This document shows, one piece after another, positions 24,433 through 37,917 of a stretch of DNA of 64,000 nucleotides. Position 1 is the stretch's first letter. Each line of letters starts with the position of its first letter. The stretch lies in the NCBI GenBank assembly GCA_051362555.1, contig CM120642.1, forward strand, positions 5,456,001 to 5,520,000. The letters are read 5' to 3'. The DNA comes from Lingula anatina. Lineage: Eukaryota > Animalia > Brachiopoda. The notes under the pieces are model-generated. The model saw only the letters and a list, made by a program, of their open reading frames with translations. It had not been told where the DNA came from and ran no database searches. A program made the position numbers and the translations under genes.

Positions 24433-27281
24433 TTTTTATGTACAGACACAGATGTGTCTGTACATATAGCCATCATCTGCGTCTGTCGTCGTCGCCGTCG
24501 TCGCCGTCGGTGCCGTCGTCGCCGTCGTCGCCGTCGTGCACTTTTACCGATAACACGATAAGTGGAAAACCGTTTTTGCTTTTGGCTTGAAACTTACAGA
24601 ACTGATGAATATTCATAATATGCAGGTCAAGTTCGAAAATCAGCATGATCGGGTCATTTTTAGGGAAGTTACGCTGTTTTTTCCCTTTTTTCAGCATATA
24701 TGCAACACCGATAACACGATAAGTGGAAAACCGTTTTACCTTTTGGCTTGAAACTTATGGAACTGATGAATATTCATAATACGCAGGTCAAGTTCGAAAA
24801 TCAGCATGATCGGGTCATTTTTAGGGAAGTTACGCTGTTTTTTCACTTTTTTCAGCATTTTTGCAACACTGATAACACGATAAGTGAAATACCGTTTTAC
24901 CCTTTGGCTTGAAACTTACAGAACTGATGAATATTCATAATACGCAGGTCAAGTTCGAAAATCAGCACGATCGGGTCACTCATAGGGTAATTATGCTGTT
25001 TTTTCACTTTTTTCAGTATATGTGCAACACTGATAACACAATATAAGAAAAACAGATTGGCCAATTGTCATTATACTCACAGGAGGGGCCAATCTTACTA
25101 AAACGCAGGTTGAGTTTGAAAATCAGCATAATCAGTCCATTATTTTAGAAGTTATGCTGTTTTTTCACATTTCCTCACATTCAATTCTTAGGCATGTTAA
25201 CAGTCTCATTATTGAACTAATAAGATACGTAAAAGTGTTTGTTTGACATTTCCTGCATCTTTACAACATTGTTAGTTGATTTTTTAAAAATGATGGTAAA
25301 CTTGTTATCATGTATTGTGTAATAAAGTGTCAAAAATGGAAATAAACTCATATCATTGCAGTTTGTCAGATGCATTCATCCACTATGTTCAGAATCTCAG
25401 AATGGAGGAAGTTGGACATTTAACATTGTTCTATTGACACTTTTCCCATCTCATCAATTTTCTTCATTGGTCATATAAAAATGGCAGTAAACTGTTTATT
25501 TTGTTTTATGTTAAAAAGTGTTAAAAATGGAAATAAACCCATTTCAGAACAGTGCTGTCTTGTTTACATTTTGGCATTTTCAATATGTGACTTTGAAGTT
25601 CCATGGGCCTGAAGACTTTTGCTAGTCACATTTTCTGAATAACCATGATACTAATATTTTATAATTAAAAATTGATGGTCATTATGCTGTAAAACATTAT
25701 GTAATATTGCATCAAAATTTGAAGAAACCCCTATTTTGGGCACTGCTCCCATGATGACCATTTAAGGAAAATCATGTCAATTACTGTTCTCAAACTTACA
25801 GGAAAGAAACATGGGACTAAAATACAGCTTTAGTAGGCAATGCAATCTGTTTGGTAAATTTTTCTGGTAGTTAAACAGTTTTTTGTGAAAATTTAATTTT
25901 TCACATATTGGCATTTTCAATGTGTGACTTTGAAGTTCCATGATCCTGAAGACCTTTGCTTGTCACATTTCCTGAATATCCGTGATACTAATATTTTATA
26001 ATTAAAAATTGATGGTCATTATGCTGTTAAACATTATGTAATGTTGCATCAAAATTTGAAGAAACCCCTATTTTGGGCACTACTCCCATGATGACCATTT
26101 AAGGAAAATCATGTCAATTGCTGTTCTCAAACTTACAGGAAAGAAACATGGGTCTAAAATACAGCTTTAGTAGGCAATGCAGTGTGTTTGGTAAATTTTT
26201 CTGGCAATTAAACAGTTTTTTTGTGAAAATTTAATTTTTACACATATTGGCATTTCCAAGGTGTGACTTAGAACCTCCACGGGCTTGAAGGCCCAAGCTA
26301 GTCACATTTTCTGAAAATCCATGACACTTATATTTTATTATTAAAAATTGATGGTCATTATGCTGTTAAGCATTATGTAATGTTGCATCAAAATAGAAGA
26401 AAACAATTTTTGGTGCTGCTGCCTTGATGACCATTATGGGAAAACCGTGTTACTTATGACTGTCAAACTTTAAAAAAAGAAACACAGGACTAAAATGCAG
26501 CCTGAGTTAGAAAAGCAGTCTAATTGGCTTGTTTTTCTAGAAGTTATACATTTTAGTGTAATATTCATTTCTTTTTAGCATATTCATTGTGGGACTCGGA
26601 GCTCCCATGGACATGAAGCCAAATGGTAATCATATTTTCTACATGTCCATCCTATTTATAGTCAATAAACAAAAATTGGTGATAATTATTCTCTAATTTA
26701 TTATGTAATGTTACATCAAAATTGACAACAACTGCTACTGCAAACATTATGAAAAGAAAACTGTCCTCATTATTATAATTTAAACTTACAAGTACGATTT
26801 TTAGGATTGGCCTTCAGCTCATATGAGAAAACCAGCTCTATTCGATTATCATTTTTATTGTATTTATGCATTTCTTGTGAAATTTTCATTTTTCTCATTC
26901 TGGCACTTTCTAAGTATAAACTTGAACTCTGATGGGCCTGAAGCCTTATGCTTTTACTTTCGTCTGTGTTTCCTGTTAGTTGATGTTGACTGTGCAGTTA
27001 AACATAATGTATTATTGCATCAGGATTGGTGCTTTTCTTAAGGTGTGACTTATGGGCCAGAAGACCTTTGAGTGGGTCAGTCTGTAAATTACCCTTGGGT
27101 ATCACTAGATTAATTTCAGAGTTATAAAGTCATTTGCCTTAATAGGCCATTAAATGAGATTACGTAAAGCACACTTGTTGATATTTCCCTGTAAACTCCC
27201 AAAGGCAAAGCTCTCTGCTAGATTAATAATAAGGAAGCAGTGATAATTATGCATGTAAATTTTGTTTAATATTGCAAATAA

Positions 27282-27338
<57 letters not shown>

Positions 27339-28185
27339 AACTGGAAGATTAAAAGTTTGAATAGCATCTTCATTGGAATAATATTTACCTCAAGCTCTGC
27401 CAAGGAGGTTACATTTTCACCCCTGTTTGTCTGTCATCCACATAACACAAAAAGTTATGGACCGATTTTGCAGGAATTTTCAGGAACTGTCGGAAGTTGG
27501 CCAAAGAGGACAATGATTAATTTTTGGTGGTGGACCGGATCAATAATCAAACAATTATCAATAATAATCAACAATTGCTGCCTTGGCAGAGGTCTGCACT
27601 CTCAAAGTGCTTTTCTAGTTTTGTTGTTTTCCTTTATAATTTTTTCTCAAACACTTGCATTTGTGGCTTTTAACTCTCATCTGCCTGGGGCTCTGCACAT
27701 TTTCTGTATTTCTACATAAGCAGTTGTGTTGTTTTTTATGTCTTTAAACATTATGTAATATTATTTTATGCACTGCCACTGTCATCATTTTTCAAATATT
27801 GAGACTTTCATAATGTGAATTTGAACTCTCATGGTCCTGAAACTGTAATCTTATTGAAGGGGTGGATTGAGACCATCTTCTGGGTCTTCCGGAAGACAGT
27901 CAGGTTATTAAGTTTATATTGACTGGTATCTATTTTTTTCTGTTGGAAGACCTTCAAAATGGAGGATGGATCAACATAGATACTTTGTAATACTGTCAGA
28001 AAATATCTCTGGGTCCGCTCCTGTTATTGACCATGTTACCTGTTGTGCAAGATTAAAATTCAGTGTTGACTGACAGTGCTATTATAAGCATTATTTATTA
28101 TTGCATCAAAATTGACAAAATGACCTTTTTTGCATCTTTATTTTCTGTTTTTTGTCTGTACATTTGACAGCTTTGCTGCCTTGTT
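24433..28185 (+). mobile_element. HINE-like family A nested in family B
   Basis: Same termini as 1918-3577; interrupts the T-run of ATTCTTTTTTGCATT seen intact at 62321-62335; carries about 160-bp and 338-bp tandem units. Confidence 0.85.
27384..27620 (+). mobile_element. Short HINE-like family C nested in family A
   Basis: TTTACCTC..CTCTGCCAAGGAGGT 5' end, inverted CCTTGGCAGAGGT, stem-loop GCACT-ctcaa-AGTGC, CTAGTT end. Confidence 0.75.
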
Positions 28186-28554
28186 TGCATTTTGTAGAGC
28201 ATGTAAAGCCCAACACTGGAAGTGGTCTCCGTTTTTTTGTATTCCATACGGTTTTCGAGTTACGCTGTATCAAAAAGTACATATAGACTAATATTGGTGG
28301 TGAAAGCAAAATGTACAGTACGGTAATGGATAATAAATTTTGAACTCCGGAAAAATAAAACATAAGGCTTGGCAAAGCAGACAACTTGTGGTCAAAAATG
28401 ACATTATTTCATCAAATTTGAACTTCTGGAACTTCAGAGCACCTCCCATTTCAAGAATTTTGACCAAAATGAACTTTTCTTTATTTTAATTAATTTTTTC
28501 TGTAGGAAATTTATGGCACATTATGGTAACTCCAAAATTATAACATTTAGTCCC

Positions 28555-30580
28555 TTATATCTCCAAAACTGGCAGAGATAGGTCCATAGTTACTATTGAA
28601 GTTGAATAGGAAGTCATATACTGGCAATCTTACTGTGACCTTAAAATTGACCTTTGACCTACTTTTCACCATGAACTAAACTTTGCAAATTTTGCTTCCC
28701 TTTTATCTCCAAAACTGGCAGAGATAGGTCCATAGTTACTATTGAACTTGAATGGGAAGTCATATCCTGGCAATCTAAATGTGACCTTAAAATTGACCTT
28801 TGACCTACTTTTCATCATGAACTGAACTTTGCAAATTTTGCTTCCCTTTTATCTCCAAAACTGGCAGAGATAGGTCCATAGTTACTATTGAAGTTGAATA
28901 GGAAGTCATATACTGGCAATCTAAATGTGACCTTAAAATTGACCTTTGATCTACTTTTCACCATGAACTGAACTTTGCAAATTTTTCTTCCCTTTTATCT
29001 CCAAAACTGGCAGAGATAGGTCCATAGTTTCTATTGAAGTTGAATAGGAAGTCATATACTGGCAATCCAAATGTGACCTTAAAATTGACCTTTGACCTAC
29101 TTTTCACCATGAACTGAACTTTGCAAATTTTGCTTCCCTTTATCTCCAAAACTGGCAGAGATAGGTCCATAGTTACTATTGAACTTGAATGGGAAGTCAT
29201 ATACTGGCAATCTAAATGTGACCTTGAAATTGACCTTTGACCTACTTTTCACCATGAACTGAACTTTGCAAATTTTGCTTCTCTTTTATCTCCAAAACTG
29301 GCAAAGATAGGTCCGTAGTTATTATTGAACTTGAATAGGAAGACATTTACTGGCAATCTTACTGTGACCTTGAAATTAACCTTTGACCTACTTTTCATCA
29401 TGAATTGAACTTTGCAAATTTTGCTTCCCTTTTATCTCGAAAGTTACGCTGTATCAGAAAGTACATATTGGTGGTGAAAGCAAAATGTGTAGTACGGTAA
29501 TGGATAATAAATTTTGAACTCCGGAAAAATAAAACATAAGGCTTGGCAAAGCAGACAACTTGTTGTCAAAAATGACATTATTTCATAAAATTTGAACATC
29601 TGGAACTTCAGAGCACCTCCCATTTCAAGAATTTTGACCAAAATGACCTTTTCTTTATTTTAATTAATTTTTTCTGTAGGAAATTTATGGCACATTATGG
29701 TAACTCCAAAATTATAACATTTAGTCCCTTTTATCTCCAAAACTAGCAGAGATAGGTCCATAGTTACTATTGAAGTTTAATAGGAAGTCATATACTGGCA
29801 GTCTTACTGTGACCTTGAAATTGACCTTTGACCTACTTTCATCATGAATTGAACTTTGCAAATTTTGCTTCCCTTTTATCTCCAAAACTGGCAGAGATAG
29901 GTCCATAGTTTCTATTGAAGTTGAATAGGAAGTCATATACTGGCAACCCAAATGTGACCATAAAATTGACCTTTGACCTACTTTTCACCATGAACTGAAC
30001 TCTGCTTATTTCTTTCTCTTTTAACTCCAAACTTGGCAGAGATAGGTCCATTGTTACTATTGAACTTGAATGGGAAGTCATATACTGGCAATCTAAATGT
30101 GATCTTGAAATTGACCTTTGACCTACTTTTCACCATGAATTGAACTTTGCAAATTTTGCTTCCCTTTTATCTCCAAAACTGACAGAGATAGGTCCATAGT
30201 TATTAATGAACTTGAATAGGAAGTCATATACTGGCAATCTTACTGTGACCTTGAAATTAACCTTTGACCTACTTTTTATCATGAATTGAACATTGCAAAT
30301 TTTGGTTCCCTTTTATCTACAAAACTGGCAGAGATAGGTCCATAGTTACTATTGAACTTGAATAGGAAGTCATATACTGGCAATCTTACTGTGACCTTGA
30401 AATTGACCTTTGACCTACTTATTATCATGAACTGAACTTTGCAAATTTTGCTTCCCTTTTATCTCCAAAACTGGCAGAGATAGGTCCATAGTTACTATTG
30501 AACTTGAATGGGAAGTCATATCCTGGCAATCTAAATGTGACCTTGAAATTGACCTTTGACCTACCTTACGATGAACTAAA
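28555..30580 (+). repeat. 146-bp tandem satellite inside family B (two blocks of about 6 units)
   Basis: ATCTCCAAAACTGGCAGAGATAGGTCC recurs at 28559, 28705, 28851, 28997, 29142, 29288; second block from about 29733. Confidence 0.95.
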
Positions 30581-32250
30581 CTTTGATTGTACCATTTTTA
30601 GTTATATATATTTTTTGCATATTTTGAAAATTCTTGTTGATTGCATTTTTACAGCTTGTCAAGCACAAGACTGGTGGCTGTGTCCCTTATTTTGTGTATG
30701 TGGGCGTCTATACGAATGCGCTTACTCCAGCTGGTGGTACAATATTCGGAGGCGGTATCGCCTCTCTGATCCTCTAGTTATTTGTTTATTTTGTATTTGA
30801 AAATTGCCCATGTCACCCTGTTAATTAGAAGGTATAAGCTGGATCAAGTCCGTGCTAAAATTCCTATGAAGCTGTGCAGGAAAAATTCTTCCTTTGTTTC
30901 TCTAGCTCCTCAATAAACCCGGTGTTCAGATTTTATCTAGTACCCCCAAGTCTGCGGGAGCTGCTCTTTGAAACTAAAGCACAGGTAGATTTTTACCTGA
31001 GATAAATATCGCCAGCCATTTAACCCTCTAATTAAGAGGTAAAGGAAGTTCCAGTTAGACGGATGATTAAGATGGGACTTGTAAAGGTAACGGGCATCGT
31101 TTACCTCAGTTTAAGAAAAGTATCCAAGACGGAGTGTCAGCGGTTTAATAAAATTAATTGAATTTCACAAATAACATGGCCCTCATATGCAATAATCCAC
31201 AGTACCCTTTACTCATTCAAATGCAGTGTTTTATACAACTTGGGATAACCATAATTAAATGCTCGTTAAAGAATTGACTAGACGGGAATGGTTTTACACA
31301 GCTTCATGAGGATTTAGATCCCTCGGGTAAGAGATTTGAATGAGTATTAACTTTTATCAGAAGCCAGAGAAGTCATCTTACAGGTAGACAATGCAGCTCA
31401 GTTTGACAGCTAAGCACGCTCTGTTCTCCAGTGGCTCGATTGTCGTCATCGGACCACGTGACCACGTGGCTCATTAACTCCCAGGCCGAGCAAATAGGAC
31501 GTTTTTTAAAGCCAAAAATTTACAAAATGAGCTTTTAATTTGTGTATTTGGATAAAGATATCGTTAGTTGGGCATGTTTTCTGAAGAATATGTTCCGTTG
31601 AGGGCCATTCTGACGGTATGAAGCAAATCCTTTAAGTAATTTGAAAAAGAAAATGACAGCACACAGCACTGAACAGCTGAGTGATTGAATGTAGGTCAAG
31701 GAATCCAATAAAAAACTGATTGTTGTGTGCTTGGGGGAGATGAAAGAAATTGTGATATGTATAAAATATAAATCATCCACCCGGGTGCAGGCACCAGATT
31801 TAGCCTACGGTGTTATGGCAACCCCGTTCCCATCCCGATTCTATCTCCAAATTATTTCAAATAGTTCCAATTGGTTGCTCAATGCGTTACAGTCGCAGAT
31901 TGCGTTTTCAGGTATTTCTTTGGTTGCAAAATACGGCTTTACAACTATCTTAAGGAATGACTCCCCAGGCTGTAGTGTGTTAATTTACGATCTTATCTTT
32001 CACGTTAAAACCAAGTAACAGGGTATCAATTACAAGTGCTTGGGTGAGGTGTAAGCACAAAATAGTTAAATAAGCAATCATAAGCAATAAACTTAACTTT
32101 TTCAATTTATCAATTTATTCTGAATAAATATAAATCTTCAAGCCTGTTGATCTCGCAGATCAACTACGTTAATTAGGTTGCTAAACAACAAGTAGGCCTA
32201 CCCCCCCCCCCCTCCGAACGCCTTATTAACAGGTTTCCAAATGCAGACTG

Positions 32251-32522
32251 TGTAAGATAAAAGTAATAAAATCGCTGGTTCAATTTTTTATTATTATTTT
32301 ACAGTTTTACAGTACATTCCACGTGTGTGTATCACAACTCCGCATGGAGTCTACTCCCTAACATGGAAAACAACACGTGTCCAACAAAATCAGAACTCCG
32401 CATGGAGTCCACACTCTCCAACCTGCAAGAACTACTCACTTTTTACCACTAGAGGGACCCACTGTACAGCCACCTCCAACACAATCCAACACAATCGGTT
32501 ACAATCATAACAATATTTGACA
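32251..32522 (-). repeat. Bel/Pao 3' LTR
   Basis: Direct repeat of 46978-47249, adjacent to the PPT. Confidence 0.96.
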
Positions 32523-32738
32523 TTCTCCCCACCTTGAAATATATTACATATATTTCAATGAATTATACAATAATAATAAATCTTACTTATTAATAGCAAT
32601 ACAATACAGTTAATAGTGTGCCAATTATCAAGTCCATGTCCAGTCCTTTGTCTTAATTCCAGTTCATGATAATAATATACACAGTTCACACTGAACATTC
32701 ACAGTTCACTTACATAGTTCACAGTTCATCATAATAGT

Positions 32739-35700
32739 TCATAAGTCCAATATAGTTGGTTTTTTAATCTTTCTTCCATATCTTGAATATTGAGCAGTTT
32801 CTGTCTCAGTTGTGTTGTTGGGAGAAAGCGCATGATCAGTGTCAAATTGTTGCTTTCCTGTAGAAATGTTAACCCTTTGATCATCTAACTCAGGTTCTAC
32901 TGGCAAAGATTCTAGACCTACCCCACTACTAATTTCAAGGTCATGTAACTTTTGTATTGGTCTGGTAATTAACCCTTTACTAGTTTTGACCTCAACTGAC
33001 CTAACTAGACCATCTCTACCTGGAAAAACCCTTTGCACTACTCCCAATGGCCATAATAAACGTGGAGAATTTTGGTCTCTCACTAAAACTACTGATCCAA
33101 TGTTTAACCCTTTCCCACCTGAAACACTACTTTGACAAGATGGAAGGTTACGAATGTATTCTGATGACCATTTTTCCCAGCATTTGTTCAACAATTGATT
33201 TCTATGATCATACATGGCAACCAAGTCTACATTGTTCATATCAGGAATTTCTTCCAAATCATTCAAAGGACCACTGGTTAACAGTCTTCCTACAAGAAAA
33301 TGTGAAGGGGTTAAAGAAACCCGGTCCTCAACATCATCTGCAACAAAGGAAAGTGGCCTGGAATTGATACAGGCTTCTATCTCAAACAGGGTGATTTCTA
33401 ATTCACTTCTAGTCAAAGACCGTGTGCCAATAGACTTCTTCAAAGACGATTTCACAGATCCCATCAAACGCTCCCACCATCCTCCCCACCAAGGGGCCAA
33501 AGGAACAATGAATTGCCACTTAGGACTATTTGAACCAAAATACTGCAATACAAGCTTCTTTGCTGCAACAAATCCACGTGCATTATCTGAAATAATGACT
33601 GAGGACATACCACGGCGGGCAACAAAACGCCGAATTGCATTCAAAGTTTCCTCTGCTGAAAGAGAACTCACAAGCTGTAAATGCACAGCCCGTGTAACAG
33701 CACAGGTGATCAGCAAAATATAAAACTTCTTGCTGCCAGTATCACAACAAAAGAGTGGACCACCATGGTCCAAACCTGAAACAGAAAAAGGTGGCGCAGT
33801 GTTCACTCTCGTACTAGGAAGTGGGGGCACCGGCTGACTGCTAACTGCAGTATCTAACCGTTGACATGTGATGCATTCTCGTTTCACACGTTTACACATG
33901 CGCCTTGCACCAATAATCCAATATTCATCTCTCAATCTGACCAATAAAGAGTTCACACCTGCATGCTTCAAAGTGTTATGCAAATGTCGAATGAGTAACA
34001 ATGAAAAATGACCCTTTGGCAGAATGATAGGATGTTTTGCCTCATATGACAGATGAGAAAACTGTAATCTGCCTTTAACCCTCAATAAACCATCATCATC
34101 AATGAAAGGTGACAGTTTAAATAAAGGGGATTTTTTTGACACAGACTGTTTCTCAAGAGCACAGGCTATTTCTTCACTGAAATTCTCTCTCTGCACAACA
34201 GATATCAGGCGCACTTTAGCTTCCTGAAGCTCCCTAAGTGTCAGATCTCCAGTACAACGAGCTTCTTTACTGGCTTTTAAATTGCTAATAAATCTCAAAA
34301 CCCAAGCCATAATCTGGAGGGTCTTTGTAAATGTACTCCACTTTTCAAACTGGAAAACAACATCAGGGGTTTCAAACTTGAGCAATACAGGATTTGATTT
34401 CATTTCAGAAATAACCACCCCTTCATTCACATCTGATTCTGACACAGTTTCCAGGCTAGAAATCTTTGGTGTAATTTCACGGAGGAAAACTGGTCCATGT
34501 AACCAGGTTTCAGATACACAAAGCTCTGGACCTGAGATACCTTGCTCAGTAAGTCTGCAGGGTTCTGATTACCTGGACAGTGCAACCACTGAGATGGGTC
34601 AGTCAGACTCTGAATTTCAGATATTCTGTTTGAAACAAAAGTTTTCCACTTTCTTGGATCACTTTTTATCCAAGATAAAACTATGGTGGAATTAGTCCAG
34701 CAAGTATAAGGAACATTTGCTGAAAAATGTAAACTGTCTCTCACAAAGGACAGCAGTTTTGCAGCTAACAATGCTGCCAACAATTCAAGCCTAGGTAATG
34801 TAATAGGCTTCAGAGGGGCTACCCTGGCCTTACTATACACCAGAGAAGTACGCCATATGCCATCCTTGGACAAAGTGTGTAAATACAAACAGGCACCATA
34901 TGCCTTTTCAGAGGCATCACCAAATGCATGAAGCTGATATACCTCTACATCATTCCAGTGACCCACTGTATAACATCGAGGTATTCTCCACCCTCTCACT
35001 GCATGCAAACCCTGCAACCAGCACTTGAACTGCTGTGCAATGATATCTGGAATAATCTCATCCCAGTCTAAGTGCAATCGCCATAGCGACTGAAACAAAC
35101 ACTTGAGCACTACAATGAAAGGTGCCAACAACCCCAAAGGGTCAAATAAGCGTGCTAAATAACTCAAAATAACTCGTTTGGTAACACAAACATCAGAAGA
35201 CAATTCTAATCCATCAAAATAAAAACAATCCTCTGTAGGCATCCACTGTATGCCAAGGTCTTTAAGCATTTTTTCAGTGACAGTCCGGTCACTGAATTCC
35301 TGACTGAGCAACTCGCCCACAGTGTCACTGTTTGAAACCCACTTTGAAAATTTCATGCCAGCTTGTTGCATTATGGAGTCTGCCTCTCTTATAAATGCAC
35401 AAGCTTCAATCTCATCATCACATCCAGAAATGAGATCATCCACATACAAATTCTGATTTAATTCATCCACTACATGAGAAGTAGGGTATTGGGACAAATG
35501 ATGTTTCACTGTGCCATTTAACAGAAATGGGCTACACTTATTACCAAAGGGAACCCTCGTAAATCTCATTGTTTTCACAGTACCCATATCATCCCATAAG
35601 AAACGATGGACATCACGGTCCTCTGGCTTCTCTTGAATCTGCAAAAAAGCCTTGATTATATCAGCGCACACAGCAACTGGCCAACGTCTGAAACGAATCA

Positions 35701-36338
35701 ATATTTCAATGAGATTTGGAATCAAGGAAGGGCCAGTTTCTAAACAATCATTCAGAGATATTCCATTGTAACCCTTTGATGATGCATCAAAAACAGGGCG
35801 GATTTTTGTACTGGCACTCCCCTCTTTGATAACAGGCCTATGAGGCATATAATAGACAGGGTGTGGCAGCTCAGACACATTGGGAATATCTTCAACTTGT
35901 TCAATGAAACCATTTTCAAGGTATTCACTTAAGACACCATGATACTGCTTTTCTAACGTAGGTGTTTTAGCCAGTTTTTTAGAGGTGTTATTCAATCTCT
36001 TTCTGGACTGAGATTCATTTTCCAATAAACTACCTCTAGCAAATTCATTTTTCCATGGTAGAGAAACTTCGTATCTACCACTGGCTAAATGCAACACAGA
36101 AATTTCAAACTGTTTCATCAAATGATCATCTGAAAAGGATGACTCATCCTTGGCTACCCCTACACTCTTTAAGTCCCAAAAACTATGGGCTGCTTTTTCA
36201 GAGAAGTCTGATAGACAGAATAGCTGATGAGAATGTGAAACAAAAGAGGTCTCAGAAACAGGCACTACTCCTGATACTATCCAACCAAAAATGGATTTCT
36301 GAGCAATCAAATGTTGTGAAAGTTTCACGGTTTCACCA
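32739..36338 (-). pseudogene. pol: Bel/Pao pol: RT, RNase H, integrase (frameshifted)
   Basis: YYMPHRPVIK..STKIRPVFDAS, PFGNKCSP, LYVDD, FGDASEKAYG, LPRLELLAA, NPADL; integrase H-x4-HAG..CxxC, SDNA, PWWGGWWERL. Frame break near 34430-34550. Confidence 0.93.
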
Positions 36339-36773
36339 TGTCGGAGACATTTAATAATTCATGGACGATGTCTATAATTTCAAGTCATAACTTTTATTAT
36401 TCTCCATAATACATTGTGTCAATTTTGAAGAGGCTGAGTAAGGCTTGTGTACCTGTCGCATTAAGAAGCCAGTGATAAGAAGTGCATGAAGCCATTGGCT
36501 GGAGTATGTACTAAAAGTGTGTAATATTGAATAGAGAATCAGAATGTACCTGAGCAGGCAACGAGTTCACATTAAACGATTGAAACTGGTCATTTTTGTC
36601 AGTGTGGATTTCCTCTGTAGCGTCTAGACGTAAAGATTTCGACTGCGAATCTGGAAGGCTATATACTAAGGCTATATACTAAAGCGTTATCCTAACTAAA
36701 GTATCCAACGGTGTCCGCATTTCGAGCTCAAGTCTAAATTACGTTTATATCTAAAATTGCGTGGTTCCGGACA
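36339..36773 (+). repeat. Gypsy 5' LTR
   Basis: TG...CA, identical to 44758-45192. Confidence 0.97.
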
Positions 36774-36837
36774 CGTTTTGGCGTCGCTCGCCAGTTAAAT
36801 TTTTACGTTTCGCAAGAGGAATATCTGAGCTTACACA

Positions 36838-37917
36838 ATGGCCGAGGGGATGCAGCAACTCGTGGAGACGCTGCAAATAATTGCACAGGACATTCAAGGA
36901 GGGCATGTGCGTTCTATCAAAGAGAAGAGAATAGAAGAGGCGGCTAAAGGTATAACAGTCTGCGACGGAGCGGTGGTGTCGGAGGTAAGATCGTACCTAG
37001 ACGACTTAGAGGTAATGTATGCTTCTTTACATGATATTGTCGGGGGAGCAGTTAAATTGGTAACGAAAACGTCAAGGGGGGCCCTCAGGAGGGAGATAGA
37101 GAGGTTTTTGCAAACGCAGCCACAAAGGTTGGAAACCCCGTGGAGAGTTATTAAAGAACACATTCAACGTTCTTTTTTGTCTGCGAATGAATCCGAGCGC
37201 CTTAAATCGGAATTGGAGGTTTTACGTCAAGCATCGTTCGAGACGTTGTTGGAATTTAATAGAAGGTTTAGGGAGGCGGCAAGTCGCGCGTACGCCGCTC
37301 CACGTGGCGCGGATACGGAAAGATTTATAGTAAGAGCCTATACGCGCGGATTGTTGAATCAGCAATTGGCTGAGGAATTAATTGTCAGGGGCCGACCTGA
37401 GACTCTGGAGGCTGCCATTCAGTGGACCGAAAACGAAAATTGCGGGAGAGAAATCTTTAGGCAAATGACCACGCAGGGTCACCACGCGCCGCAAACTAAC
37501 ACCATCACACAAAACAAATTTGCCGAGAAAGTTTTTTCACCCAGAGTAGAGGAAGATATGGACATATCTTCCGTAAACGCGGTCAATAAAGATACTGCAC
37601 TGCTTTTATCTCAACTACAGGAAACCTCTAAACACATACAACAGGCACTAAAAGCACAGGAGCAAATGCAAACGCGTATAGCAAAAGTGGAAACGCGCGT
37701 ATACAACTCCCCAAACCCCACTCCAAAATCGCACAAACATACACAGAGGCCACACCAACAGTCGCGTTCGCAGGGAAGTTACAGTTTACCGCGAGGGGTC
37801 CGAGATAATACTGGCAGGCGTGAGGAGAGTACGATACGATGTTTTCACTGTAACAAACCGGGTCATAAAAAAGCGGAATGTTACCAACTCAGACGACAGA
37901 GGAACCATTTAAACTAG
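36838..37917 (+). CDS. gag: Gag with CCHC zinc knuckle
   Basis: 359-aa ORF after the PBS; capsid-like LRQASFETLLEFNRRF, knuckle CFHCNKPGHKKAEC. Confidence 0.95.
   Translation: MAEGMQQLVETLQIIAQDIQGGHVRSIKEKRIEEAAKGITVCDGAVVSEVRSYLDDLEVMYASLHDIVGGAVKLVTKTSRGALRREIERFLQTQPQRLETPWRVIKEHIQRSFLSANESERLKSELEVLRQASFETLLEFNRRFREAASRAYAAPRGADTERFIVRAYTRGLLNQQLAEELIVRGRPETLEAAIQWTENENCGREIFRQMTTQGHHAPQTNTITQNKFAEKVFSPRVEEDMDISSVNAVNKDTALLLSQLQETSKHIQQALKAQEQMQTRIAKVETRVYNSPNPTPKSHKHTQRPHQQSRSQGSYSLPRGVRDNTGRREESTIRCFHCNKPGHKKAECYQLRRQRNHLN

Larger units (their letters stand above)
23800..30779 (+). mobile_element. HINE-like family B, full length, with nested family A and an internal duplication of about 1.2 kb
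   Basis: 5' TTATTGTACCAC, 3' subTIR CTGGTGGTACAATA plus stem-loop GAGGCG-gtat-CGCCTC and CTAGTT end. Colinear with uninterrupted copy 61701-63303. Block starting about 28258 is repeated from about 29442. Confidence 0.85.
22433..31631 (+). mobile_element. Kolobok-like DNA transposon derivative hosting nested HINEs
   Basis: TTAA at 22429-22432 and 31632-31635; imperfect TIR AGGA-n5-TTCATA; inverted subterminal motif GGTCACGTGGT..TGACGACAATC (about 22614 and 31438); decayed THAP-like start MPRCVAVG(F)T...CSDH at 22736-22897. Confidence 0.6.

Noticed and set aside
28555-30580. CRISPR-like regular array
   Set aside because: Units are whole tandem repeats without unique spacers, in eukaryotic DNA with no cas genes.
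33047-34695. Plus-strand ORFs of 100-170 aa opposite Bel pol
   Set aside because: Antisense shadows of a coding region with no motifs.
36779-36796. Specific tRNA assignment for the env-gypsy PBS
   Set aside because: It starts with TGGCGT but I cannot match it to one tRNA 3' end without the host tRNA set.
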